Shown here piece by piece: positions 1 through 11,494 of a DNA stretch of 64,000 nt (position 1 is the stretch's first letter; every line of letters starts with the position of its first letter). The stretch is from assembly GCA_030390025.1 (NCBI GenBank), contig CM059432.1:17610001-17674000 (forward strand), read 5' to 3'. Under the pieces are notes generated by a model. The model did not search any database. It was not told the DNA's origin and saw only the letters and a list, made by a program, of their open reading frames with translations. Source of the stretch: Squalus acanthias (taxonomy: Eukaryota). The position numbers and the translations under genes are program-made.

Positions 1-207
1 GAGAGCCGTGGAGGCTGGGTCATTAAATACATTTAAGGTGGAGATAGACAGATTTTTGCAAGATAAGGGAGTGAAGGGTTATGGGGAGCGGGCAGGGAAG
101 TGGCTTTGCGCCCAAGATCAGCCGTGATCTTATTGAATGGCAGAGCAGGCTCGAGGGGCCAAGTGGCCTATTCCTGCTCCTATTTCTTATGTTCTTATGT
201 TCTTATG
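1..207 (+). mobile_element. CR1/HER1-type LINE 3' end
   Basis: End of ORF2 (FKVEIDRFL) followed by the typical 3' UTR (GAATGGCAGAGCAGGCTCGAGGGGCC...) and a (TTCTTATG)n tail, matching other copies in the window. Confidence 0.85.
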
Positions 208-482
208 TGTGGCAAAGAAAGCCACAAAATTGCATCTACCGCTTTATAGACAACCTAGTTTGGGGTGGGATAAGATGTGAGGGGTGGGTCCAGTACTTTA
301 CAAACTGCATTGCTGATGTGGCATCATCCTATTGGCTGAGTGCTTGGTGCATGCGTAGTACAGGTATTTCTTTCCTTTGAGTGGCACATTTAGTGAACTC
401 TACCGTGACACTTTGCCCCAGTCCAAAGAACTTCTGTCTTATTTGCTCCCATGACACATGGACATGGGAGACTGAAATTACA

Positions 483-2255
483 GGGGGAATTTTCCAGGGG
501 GTCACCGGGTGCGATCGGTGGCGGGTCAGGTGGGAAAATGTTTTTTTTGATAGCCAGTCAGGACCCCGCTGTCAACCCGCCACCACGTGCCTTTACCAAA
601 TGTCGGGTCTGTCAGCGCTGAGCAGACCCGACACGCAGCGGTGGGGGAGGCAATTCAAGTCATTATGACCTTGATAACAGAGGATTAACAACAATTTTCA
701 GCTCACCTTTAGAATTTACCAGCTCGCCAACGGGGTCCACGCTGCTCGGGGATCACGTCTGTTAAGCTGGGCGGGAGTTGAATGGCCATGGAATCATCTC
801 ATTACTTGACAGCTTGAAATGTGCTATAAAAGCTCCCATCTCACAGCTGTTTACTTTCCAAGCTCAGAAGCTGTTGCTTACTGCATTTGTAACACAGGTT
901 TATGCAGGTTGCAAGAGTTTGGAGCAAAGTCTCTATCCAGTGTCATCTCATTGGAACAATCTCTCACCATTGACAGATCGCTTCTGTCATCTCAAGTTCA
1001 CCTGCCATCTATTCCATCAGCATGGGTACGGTTTATACTCTCTCACCTTGGTCCTCAGAATCTGACCACGATCAGCTGCAACACCAGCATCACCAGGCAC
1101 ACCAGTAGCACCAACAACAACACCAACCTTCTCCGCAAAAACCTGATGCTGCACAGGACACGGCATCAGCATCCGACCACATTGCTGCCCGGGATGCCAG
1201 GGATGGCCTCACCATGGCCACATTTACTTCACTGACACTGTACACCCTGGCTGCCACATGATGCGCCAGGTTGGTACCAGTCCACACCAACACCATAAAG
1301 CATCCCTACAATGCCCAAGCCATTCCTTTCACACTCATCACCATTGTGGGGGTACCGTTATGTCTCACCATTCACTGCAACTCACTAAGCCACTTCCAAA
1401 GGTGCACACAAATCTGTCCAAGAACGCAAAGTGTTGAAAACAAAGATTTCAATGTTTGACAGCACATTAACAGAACCTTCACATGAACATTGGCTAAAAC
1501 ACACAAGTGCCTACCCTTGTGTGATGTTAGTTGGTATGATTGGACTAGGATGAGGGTGAGTGTGAGAGGTGGCTAGTGAGATGGGGAAGTGATAATGTAG
1601 ATAGAGAGAGATGGGTGGAGGTGCAAGGTAAGTTGGTGTGAGTAAGGATGTGCAGGAGTAGGGCAGGGAAGGCAGAGTGATGGGGATGTGATGAGTGGCA
1701 CAGCAGGATGAGGTGGAGTATGGCTTTGCAGTAACATTTCGTGATCTATTGAGATCATTGAAAGGTTTGCGCCACTGCAGCCTGGTCCTCCTGACGACAT
1801 CCCTACTTGTGTCCTCCTGTGCAATGTGCAACCAGGCTGCGTTGGTCTCCTGGGGAGGTCTCTTTCACCCATTGGAAGGGAAAAGGACCTCCCTGTGTGC
1901 TCTGACTCCCTCCATGTGCTTATGGGAGTCATGGGAGAGCCTGGGTGCAGCCATGCACCTCTGTGCAGTGCTCGTCAGTGCTTGCAGCACCTCAATGCTG
2001 TAGAGCACTGACAGCACAAATGTCAAAGTAAATTTGCGCAGGGTCCCTTTAAGGAAACTGGCAGATGACGTATCATCAAATGACGTCATCAGACCCGCTT
2101 CCTTCAATTAGACCGGGAAATGTGCTGGGTGGGCTTAACAAGTCCACTCAGGGGAAAGTCATGTCGGAGGCCGGGATGGAGCCAGCAGCGAGGCCGCGAC
2201 CCGCCACCGACCTTGCCCGCCACGGACCCGCCGAGGTAGGCAAAATTGCAGCCTA
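483..2255. mobile_element. Internally deleted PIF/Harbinger element
   Basis: About 960-1160 (+) resembles the transposase N-terminus at 24474 (MGT.YTLS.WSSES then Q-rich). About 1730-1960 (-) encodes a Myb/SANT remnant (EGVRAHREVLFPSNG...LQWRKPFNDL). The right end GGCAAAATTGCAGCC resembles 29765-29780. Confidence 0.75.
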
Positions 2256-3310
2256 CATATCTGGCCAACTCCTGCCATGCTCGCACCTGGGAGGGTTTCG
2301 CTTAGCCCGCAAAATTGTCACTTTCCACTGGTTCACCTCCTCCAGCAGCAGATCCAGACTTGCTTTGCTAAATGGGTTATTTTGTGCTTTGCTGCCATTT
2401 AAATGATCAACAGTGTAGCAGCCCTTGAAGAACTACTGCACTCATCATTCAATACCTATTTATTGCCGTAACACGCTCCGAACACCTGGAAACGTGTAGG
2501 GAATGTGTTTAAATTAGGCGATGTTGCCAAAACCAGTGAAGTCTGTAAGCCACTCGGGGCGAACCACAACAGCAGCCACTTTTTTCTTACAGTTGGGAAA
2601 TCAGCCTCACTGAGCCATCAGGGAATGCAGAAATAAACTTAAATGAGATTTAGAAAAAACTGGGATCTTACTGTAGGCTGAAAATCATGATTCACTATTT
2701 TCTGTGGTATTGGCTACTCTGTTATATTTGCACTTAAGTCTGATTCTATAAGCCATCCCTAGAGTATTCCTTTAATCAGCCTGAATATGCTTATGTCTAC
2801 ATTACGTTTCGTCGCAAGCTTGATTTATTCACATGAACCTAGTGGCAGAAATGCAGTTGTGTGTGAGTTCAGCCAAAGCAAATCAACCCTAATGATGCTT
2901 AAAATGACTGGCTGGCTTTTATAAAGTATTTGTGAATATGTCATGTCCCTGAGCTTTGATGATAGCGTTGTGGTGCAGTTGTCACCTAATCAAAAAAGAC
3001 ATCCCAGTAAAGTGGTAACTGTATATTTAGGACATGATTTTGCCTTTGCTGTCAGACCTATATTTTTATTTGCTGTCGCAATGCAAGAAAATTATGTACC
3101 ATCATATTAATATTAAGAATTGAAGTATACTTCTGTAGCGTCATTAATAAGAGTGCATTGAAGAAGGAAAGGTTCCACACGGGATACGCCGGTAGAACAG
3201 AGGTTCATGGTGGCACAGTTGGCCTTCATGCTGTCAGTTCATTTGGGGATAGGATGCTGAAATTCTGTAATTTAGGAAGTGGTGGTGTTGTATTACTCCA
3301 AGAGCATCCT

Positions 3311-3630
3311 ACAGATGCTGCCTGACCTGCCGAGTGTTTCCAGCATTTTCTGTTTTTATTTCAGATTTCCAGCATCTGCAGTATTTTGCTTTTGTATAAT
3401 TTAGTGTTTAATTCACTGCCACTTCTCTTCTAAGAATGCCCACCTTGAAGAAGTTCTGCTCTTCTCTCCGACGGGATTTCTCCAGCTTTTTTCCAGTTCT
3501 GACGAAGGGTCATCGACCTGCAACGTTAACTCTGTTTCTCTCTCCACAGGTGCTGCCTGACCCGCTGAGTGTTTCCAGCATTTTCTGTTTTTATTTCAGA
3601 TTTCCAGCATCCGCAGTATTTTGCTTTTGT
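3311..3630 (+). mobile_element. Penelope-like element (family B), partial tandem of pseudo-LTR plus ORF start
   Basis: Direct repeat ACAG(A/G)TGCTGCCTGACC...TTTGCTTTTGTAT at 3311 and 3546. It matches the terminus of the GIY-YIG PLE at 45100-45215. Near-TSD ATCCT(A/G)CAG on both sides. Confidence 0.8.
3495..3531 (+). ncRNA. Hammerhead ribozyme motif, family B, core mutated (GAAA>GCAA), probably inactive
   Basis: agtt CTGACGA a GGGTC atc GACCT GCAA CGTT aact. Confidence 0.6.
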
Positions 3631-3745
3631 ATCCTGCAGTATTAGTGGGTCACAGTAAATGATGTTCATTTGCATATTGCTAACTCAACACTGAGGTCCT
3701 TCAAATAAGCGTGTTCGGCTGAAATCTTCCTTCATCAATGACGTA

Positions 3746-3915
3746 GCGTTGAAATTTTGAATTGCTTGTTCATTTTGAAATCCATTCTGAATGATCGACA
3801 GCAATTGCATCTCTTTTATTGCATGTGTCTAAGAGGGAACACTAAAAAACAGAACAGCAGAAAAGGGGTTAATGTAAAGAAGGAAATCTTGGAAGGGCTG
3901 CGCCATTATTCAAGT
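3746..3915. repeat. Left arm of an old ~165-bp inverted repeat (partner 5867-6027)
   Basis: Its reverse complement aligns by eye to 5867-6027 with scattered mismatches and one gap. Confidence 0.75.
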
Positions 3916-4099
3916 TCTCTTTATCTCTCTCGCTTACTCATTTACATCTTCGAGTTTACTGGATGCGGTTAAAAATAGTAATTTTCATCAAAACTAGACC
4001 AACGTCACATCTGGCAGAAAATAAGCATTTTCTCAGCAAAATCAAAAGTTCCAGATATGAAATTCATCTTCAAGATCCTTCTATGCTTCCTGCATGGCT

Positions 4100-4585
4100 G
4101 TAGGACTTAGAGAGGATGCAAACGAGCTTTCATAGAATGGTACCAGGGATACGGGACTTCAGTTACTAGAGAAGCTGGGGTGGTTCTCCTTCGAGCAGTG
4201 AAGGCTATTTAATAGAGGTGTTCAAAATCATGAAGGCTTTTGATAGAGTAAATAAGGAGAAACTGTTTCCAGTGGCAGAAGAGTCGGTAACCAGAGGACA
4301 CAGATTTAAGGTCATTGGCAAAAGAACCAGAGGCAAGATGAGGAGACTTTTTTTTACGCAGCAAGTTGTTATGGTCTGGAATGCACTGCCTGAAAGGGTG
4401 GTGGAAGCAGATTCAATAATATCTTTCAAAAGGGAGTTGTGTAAATACTTGATGGGGAAAAATTAGCAGGGCTATGAGGAAAGGGCAGGGGAGTGGGACT
4501 AATTGAATAGCTCTTTCAAAGAGCCGGCACAGGCAAAATGGGCCGAATGGCCGCCTTCTGTGCTGTATCATTCTATGATCCTATG
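4100..4585 (+). mobile_element. CR1 LINE 3' fragment
   Basis: ORF 4218-4466 (TRGHRFK...FFTQQVVMVWNALP) is the CR1 ORF2 C-terminus, followed by the tail ...TTCTATGATCCTATGA. Confidence 0.85.
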
Positions 4586-4794
4586 AACAGAATTATTACA
4601 AGCTATAATAATTTCAAAGCTTACCAGGGAGGAAAAATTAAGATTATAGATATCCATTAGTCAGTGGGTGGGTTTTTTATAGTGAGGATCGAATACCTAA
4701 AACTTAAGACAAGATTAAACTTGCTTTTTATCTTTTTCATCAAACATCTCAACAACAGCACTTATTGTTGCCAGAGATCTCCTGCTTACATAAT

Positions 4795-5821
4795 GGCCCC
4801 GATTTTAACTCCCCCTGCCTAGCAGAAACCAGGCAGTTAAAATGTTGCGAGAGATTTACCCCCTCCGATCCCATTGCCTTCTCGACGGGACTGAATATTA
4901 ACCTCTCTTGAGCAGGACACCTGCTGAAGGCAACGGAATCCAGTTTAAATATGCAGCTCAGGTCCCAGTGACGTCATCAGGACTTGATCTGCTATTTTAA
5001 TCCGAAGCCTGAGCAGGGAAGCGGTGCGGGATTCCCTTTCAGGCCAAACCTGTCTGGAGGGAGATGTTGCTCTGGGCTTCACAAGGAAGCCTTGGACCTC
5101 CCTTAACATGGGCTTTCCCCTCCCCTCACGATCGCCTTCGCTCCCCGATCCCTTTCACCCCAGACCACTTGACTGACTGCCGTGGACCGATCCCGTGGGT
5201 CCCTGACTGTGGCCTCCTTCTCCGATTGTCTGCTCACTCCCGCCAGCTGCCCAGGCGGCAGCCGCGGCTCAGTGGGCCTGCACTCTCGCCTCTGAGTCAC
5301 AAGGTCGTGGGTTCAAGTCCCACTCCAGAGACTTGAGCACAAACAGCTAGGCTGACACTCCAGTGCAGTACCGAGGGAGTGCCGCACTGTCTTCTGGATG
5401 AGATGTCTGCTCTCTCAGGTGGACGTAAAAGATCCTATGGCACTATTTCGAAGAAGAGCAGGGGAGTTTTCACTGATGTCCTGACCAATATTTATTCCTC
5501 AATCAACATCACTAAAACAGGTCATTATCACATTGCTATTTGTGGGAGCTTGCTGTGCCCAAATTGGCTGCCGTGTTTCCTATATTACAACAATGACTAC
5601 ACTTCAAAAGTACTTCATTGGCTGTAAAGTGCTTTGGGATGTCCTGAGGTCGTGAAAGGTGCTATATAAATGTAAGTCTTTTTTCTTTTAATGTATCTGG
5701 CCCGGTTCAGGTGGGACTCCGATGAAAGTTACGATCGGCTGGGCCTCCGTGTCCCTGGACGCACCGTCTGCTTTGGGGCACGCGCACACCGTACCCGCTC
5801 CCCCCCTTTAAAATCAGGGCC
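4795..5821. mobile_element. Harbinger-type MITE interrupted by a SINE
   Basis: TIRs GGCCCCGATTTTAA / TTAAAATCAGGGCC, flanked by AAT/AAG (imperfect 3-bp TSD). Confidence 0.65.
5260..5690 (+). mobile_element. tRNA-derived Deu-domain SINE (SacSINE1/AmnSINE-like)
   Basis: A box GGCTCAGTGG, B box GGTTCAAGTCC, Deu-like core GGTGGACGTAAAAGATCC...AAATTGGCTGCC and tail GCTATATAAATGTAAG. Confidence 0.8.
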
Positions 5822-5866
5822 AAGGTGTCTAAATTCAGGAATTTTTAATCCAAAATCCCCCACCTT

Positions 5867-6027
5867 ACTTGAATAATGGTACAGCCCTTCGAAGATTTCC
5901 CTCTTTAAGTTAATCCTTTTTTCTGCTGTTCTGGTTTTTTGCGTTCTGTCTTAGATACTTGCAATAAAAGAGGCGCATTCAGAACAGATTATTGCAAAAT
6001 GAACAAGCAATTGAAAATTTCAAATGC
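5867..6027. repeat. Right arm of the old inverted repeat (partner 3746-3915)
   Basis: ACTTGAATAATGG...GAACAAGCAATTGAAAATTTCAA is the approximate reverse complement of 3746-3915. Confidence 0.75.
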
Positions 6028-6446
6028 AAAGTTTCACTTGTCACAACTGACCATTTTTTCTTGACTGCCTCATCTTCCTCGCTTTTCTCTCTAACTTTAG
6101 TGGTGTTCTGCAGAATGGATCTTAACCTTCCACAGTTTCTCAGTTAAAAGCTGTGATCTGAAACTCCTCATGTGGGCTGTGTGAAAAGCATGTGGAACCA
6201 CTTCACCAGAGCAATATGTTGGATCAGCAGTGGCAATAAGGTTGTCCACCGGGCAATTCTGATTATTGCAATACAGTTTTTTCAGTATTTATGAGTCTTT
6301 TATGATTCTGAGCTTTCACTTGAAGGCTAATGATTAGTTTCCTTATTTCATAGACAGTAAAAGAGAAAATTTACATCGCCTGGTATAATGATCTAAAATG
6401 AGAAGTCGCACAACACCAGGTTATAGTCCAACAGATTTATTTAATT

Positions 6447-6485
6447 TTACAAGCTTTCGGAGCAGTTCGCTCCTTCGTCAGGTAA
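6447..6485 (-). ncRNA. Minimal type I hammerhead ribozyme, family A
   Basis: Minus strand: ttac CTGACGA a GGAGC gaact GCTCC GAAA GCTT gtaa. Confidence 0.8.
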
Positions 6486-6809
6486 GTTTAGCAGTGAGAG
6501 AATCTCCCAGAATTCACAATTTAAACACAGACAAAATATATTCTCTGCTTTCTTGCATCTCTGCAGGTACTTGATGTCTGTGTCAATATGCGCGATCTTC
6601 TTGGCGATTCTCTCCACTTTGAGCCGGCAGTTTGCGGTGTCAATAGAGGTCATGATGTGGAGATGCCGGCGTTGGACTGGGGTGGACAAAAATGAGAAGT
6701 CGCACAACACCAGGTTATAGTCCAACAGATTTATTTAATTTTACAAGCTTTCGGAGCATTTTGTCTGTGTTTAAATTGTGAATTCTGGGAGATTCTCTCA
6801 CTGCTAAAC

Positions 6810-6848
6810 TTACCTGACGAAGGAGCGAACTGCTCCGAAAGCTTGTAA
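6810..6848 (+). ncRNA. Minimal type I hammerhead ribozyme, family A
   Basis: Stem I TTAC/GTAA, core CTGACGA, stem II GGAGC/GCTCC, GAAA, palindromic AGCT stem III. Predicted cleavage after 6844. Confidence 0.8.
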
Positions 6849-6994
6849 AATTAAATAAATCTGTTGGACTATAACCTGGTGTTGTGCGACTTCTCATTTT
6901 TGTCCACCCCAGTCCAACACCGGCATCTCCATATAATGATCTAGTTTTTGTTCACCTCAGACGTTCTCGAATTTTTTTTTGTTATATGGATCTT

Positions 6995-7231
6995 AGCAGT
7001 GGCGCTGAAACCAATTTAGGTGCATAAAATCGCCCCTGGCTCTTGCCTGTCCGAAAGCCGCCTTGATCGCAACATCTGCAATTTTAACCTGCTCTCCAGA
7101 GCAGGCAGCAAGGGTGCGCGCCCGGGGCCAACAGGGTCCTGCGCGTTGCGGCCCGATGACATCATTGAGACCCGACTGTAATTTTAACTCAGGCCTGAGC
7201 GGGGAATCCACCCGGAGTTTAAATCAGGGCC
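6995..7231. mobile_element. MITE fragment related to 4795-5821
   Basis: Shares GATGACATCA...TTTTAACTCAGGCCTGAGC and the terminus TTAAATCAGGGCC. Confidence 0.5.
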
Positions 7232-8365
7232 TCACGAGTGAGCGCAACGTATCAGGAAAGCTCATTAGGTGTGAGAGAGTTTAAATGGGTCACTGTACGA
7301 CAAAGAAGGTGAAGGAGACAGAGAATAGAGCTCAGAATCACTAAATTCCATTAAATGAACAAAATCTTGCATATAAAGATAGGTTATCGTTTCGGATGGG
7401 ATCCAGCATCAGTCCTACCTGACTCTGGCACTCCTGATGAAAAGCCCTACCTGAATCATTGACCAATCCATGCTGACTGTATATTTGCAGCAATTTCCTT
7501 TGCAGTTTTAGATTTCCACAATTTGCGGCTTTTAATTTTACCTGTTAAATTAACCTTGTACAATTTTCACAAAGATTGTTTTTTTTGTACAAAAGATATA
7601 TTGCAAGTTTATAGGCTGTAACTGTTTGAAATATAAGGAGAATGTAAACTGTTCCGTGTTTAATGCTTGAAGTTATTTGTCTGGGCTGTCACCGTACGAT
7701 ACACATTGGTTCATTGTGAGCTTCAATTTCACAGTGGCTGTCATCATTCATCCCGCCGTTTGTATCATCTGCTTAAACTGGACGTCAATGTGACAGAGAA
7801 CAGCAATATAACTGTTTATCCAACGCTTTAGGCTTCAGAGCGCTAATATTCAGTAAGCCACAATCAAGCTCTTTTGATGCCCCTCTGTGTAAGCCACTAC
7901 TGACAGAGTAGCATTAAAGAAGACGACTAATTCATCATCTCCCTCTGATGTATGAATTGCTTGATCTGTCAGTTCAAACCGGCCCTGGAATCTCAGCTTC
8001 CAAAGTAGGAAGAAACTGAATGTGACTAATTCGTGTCTATTTCTTTTTTAATGGTAGTCTAAAAATATCAAGAAGAACAAACATGAGACTTTGTGGGAAA
8101 ACTTTTTTTGGCTTCACTGTTATGTTTTCATTAAAGGCTACAAAGAAAGGACTTTACATTCATAATACACTGTGCACTCTGTAGGGACTCTGTCCTTGTC
8201 ACAAAGGGGTAATTTACTTCCTTTAGTGTACTTATATGCGTCATTATTATAGCATAAAAGTAAATGGTGTGCCTAGTGCGAAAGGACGTAGTGTGCTGCA
8301 CACAGCAGGACGACTGTGGCCGAGACATTGGACCTCGTTACGCCTGTGTTACAGGTGTAAAACAG

Positions 8366-9380
8366 GCACAGCAAAGCCAATTTCGGGAACCAATGTTCGG
8401 TGGCCCAAGGACGCCTGAAAGGCATCCGACCCGATATTGGGTCAGGCCATTTTTGCAGGCAACGGGGGTGGCCGCCTAAGACAGGCGTTAGGCCCCTTGC
8501 ATATGCTAATGAGAGGCCTAACGCCTATTGAGACCCCTCTGGGAAATTGGGCTGCCCCGAGCAGAGCAGGTGCCGGGCAGTGGTTAGTGCTTAGTAGTGA
8601 TGCTCTCCCATAGGGACCGTACTCAATTAGTTATCTCACTTCCAGAAGTACAGAATAGGTGGTGTAAGAAATAAAAGTGTCTCACCAGCGCAGCGGTGAT
8701 TTGGCTGGGGGGAGATCTACTCTTTTGAGGTTGGGTCTAAGGTACTTGCTGGGCTAGTAGAGAGAGTCTGGGGGACTAAAAGGACCATTTTAGTGCTCCC
8801 ATTTGAGTAGATTAGGCCTATACTCTCTGGAGTTTAGAAGAATGAGAGGTGATCTCAGTGAAACATATAAGATTCTGAGGGGGATTGACAGGGTAGATGC
8901 TGAGAGGTTGTTTCCCCTGGCTGGAGAGTCTAGAACTAGGGGGCATAGTCTCAGGATAAGGGGTAGGCCATTTAAGACTGCGATGAAGAGGAATTTCTTC
9001 ACTCAGAGGGTTGTGAATCTTTGGAATTCTCTACTCCAAAGGGCAGTGGATGCTGAATCATTGAGTATATTCAAGGCTGAGATAGATAGAGTTTTGGACT
9101 CTAGGGGAATCAAGGGACATGGAGAGTGAGCGGGAAAGTGGAGTTGAGGTCGAAGATCAGCCATGATTTTACTGAAAGGTGGAGCAGGATCGAGGGGCCA
9201 TATGGCCTACACCTGCTCCTAATTCTTATGTTCTTATCAACATGGCACTGGCATATTTAGTATTATCGTGCAGGAAACAAAGCCTTTATTACTTGTTGCT
9301 ATACCAATATTGGGTCAGATGTCTTTCAGGCATCCTTGGGCCACAGAACATTGGTTCCCAAAATTGGCCTTGTTTGTGCA
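8366..9380. mobile_element. MITE-like element with ~70-bp inverted arms, split by a CR1 fragment
   Basis: 8376-8441 (GCCAATTTCGGGAACCAATGTTCGGTGGCCCAAGG...) is the approximate reverse complement of 9304-9368. Confidence 0.6.
8803..9237 (+). mobile_element. CR1 LINE 3' fragment
   Basis: ORF 8803-9129 (LGLYSLEFRRMRGDL...FFTQRVVNLWNSL) plus TTCTTATG tail. Confidence 0.9.
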
Positions 9381-9505
9381 GAAGAGACTCTGGAGACTGA
9401 GCTGATCCCAACTGGACAAATCCTGAAAAAAAATCCAAACAGTTTTGGAGCACAGGATAAAATCCTAGTAAATGGTTTATATTAATATATCCATCAGTTT
9501 TGGTT

Positions 9506-9640
9506 GGTTCTGAAGAAAGGTCATCGACCTGAAACGTTAACTCTCTCTCTCCACAGGTGCTGCCTGACCTGCTGAGTATTTCCAGCATTTTCTGTTTATA
9601 TTTCAGATTTCCAGCACCCGCAGTATTTTGCTTTTGTATT
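9506..9640 (+). mobile_element. PLE family B pseudo-LTR fragment with hammerhead at 9506-9542
   Basis: ggtt CTGAAGA a AGGTC atc GACCT GAAA CGTT aact, then the same downstream sequence as 3532-3630. Confidence 0.75.
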
Positions 9641-10186
9641 TGGTTGGATCACTTCATCCTGAACAGTATCTTCTAAATTTATGTCGGGCATAGAATGTAG
9701 GAACTCATTTGTCTTTTGTGGTGTTGATGCCCGGGTGAAAAATATCTGTCAGACTCAAGTGGTTAAGTATCAACTTGTCACACTAACAGGGAAGAACCAG
9801 AATTAATCAGACTTTGTATTAAAGTACATTGGCTGTGCTTCTTTTGACTGCATTATGGAGCTCACTGCATGCTATATGCACTCTTTGTACATCTACCCTG
9901 TGTCTGTTCTGTTTCATGTGCATCCATGTCCAGATTTGCTCTACAGATTTTGTCTAATATTTCACCTTGCACACCTATGCTATTCCTATATGCTATTGTT
10001 ATCTACTTGAGAATCTAATATTATAATGTAGTATACACAATTCATGGGATTTCCTACTATTCAGCTATAGATTTTTTGCATCATCTTTTGATGACAGCAA
10101 AATTTTATTTACATCCAAATTTTTAAAATAGTTATTTTCCATTCTTTTCCACTGTATCATGAACCTTCCCTAGTTGAGAGGACAAG

Positions 10187-10485
10187 GTGGAGACCTGCTC
10201 CCAGGCTTTCCCTAATCCCGCCTCTCAAACGCGTGACCTGCACCACCTAGAAGGACAAGGGCAGCAGATGCACGGGAACACCATCGTTTCCAAGTTCCCC
10301 TCCCAGTCACACACCATTCCGACATTATCGCTGGGTCAGAATCCTGGCACTCCCTACCTAACAGCATTGTGGGAGGACCTGCACCACACAGACTTCAGTG
10401 GTCCAAGAAGAAGACCCACCACCACCTTCTCGAGGGCAACTAGGGATGGGCAATAAATGCCAGCAAGGCCCACATCCTGAGAACG
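10187..10485 (+). mobile_element. LINE 3' end (tail GGGCAACTAGGGATGGGCAATAAATGC)
   Basis: Decayed ORF2 C-terminus (...SWHSLPNSIV...). The same tail occurs at ~31912-31940 and 58865-58960. Confidence 0.65.
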
Positions 10486-11494
10486 GAAAAAAAACCTCTA
10501 TAATTGCTGCCAAGGCTCTCCAATTTTCATCCCTCTCTTATGGAGAAGTTCTGCTCTATTTTAACCAGCTATATTATATCACACCATAGCATTCCCTCTT
10601 CCTCACCATTCGCCACAGCTAGAATCATAAAGGAGTCTATCCTCTAATCAGTGAGCGTATACTTTTGCTAGTAATGGGATGATTTTAACTCTGCTCAACT
10701 GGTGGAGACCAGACACCTGCACCCCTGTCCGCCTGATATCTGCTCCTAGTTAAAATCAGAGCTTAAAAGCACAGGAAGCTCACATATTTAATGTTGAACT
10801 ATTGAGATGCCAATTAACTACCTGCTAATTTAACAGCTAATCATGCATTGTGAACATCATTCCGCATTAACTTTCACTGACGGCCATGATTGGCAAAAGA
10901 AAACTAGACCAAGAACTGAATAAAACCATCTCATAACGTGTATAGGTTATACATCATAAAAAAAATAGCTATTGTGGAATGGCTTCAAGACAGTAATCTA
11001 ATCTTAGAGCTCAGATGACATTTTTAAGCCACTTGAAGTTTACTTTAGTAGTTTATGATGTCACCTGAACCCCTTGCTTATATTAGTGTCTTGTAATCAA
11101 GTAGATTACTGTTGTGTAATCACTTGCATGTATCGATTGGCCACGAAATAAACCATCCATGGAAATGACTTCCCGTAGTCACTGTGCGTACTGAAATTAC
11201 AAACAAATCTGTTCAAAAAAGACTTTCCAAGAAGTACCGACTGGAGGAAATGTTTTGTTAATGACGTTGCTCCACATAGAGATGAGAAGCAATCATTCTC
11301 ACTGAAGTCCCGATTAGATGACTGTCCTCCCACGTATCCCACCATTTCCTAAATGAATGAGATTGTTATCCTGTAATTCCTCTTTTTAGTCATTATCCTC
11401 TGTGTAATACGTACAGTGCAAGTTACTCCATTGTGCAAACTGCTTTAGCTCCTCTCTTGTTTGTGATATCATTTGAACCCTCTTGATGTGCTAC

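Larger units (their letters stand above)
6396..6931. mobile_element. Penelope-like element (family A): tandem plus inverted pseudo-LTRs with 12-bp TSD
   Basis: TSD TATAATGATCTA at 6384-6395 and 6932-6943. Minus-strand tandem with 294-bp period (6397/6691) containing a PLE-like ORF start (MTSIDTANCRLKVERIAKKIAHIDTDIKYLQRCKK). Inverted copy at 6758-6931. Confidence 0.85.

Noticed and set aside
6396..6931. CRISPR-like repeat array
   Set aside because: The repeats are long PLE termini with no unique spacers, and the context is eukaryotic.
7430..7530. CTGATGA hammerhead-like start in a decayed PLE pseudo-LTR
   Set aside because: Stem II and GAAA are not intact; it is a fossil only. The same applies to remnants near 24030-24065 and 57020-57050.
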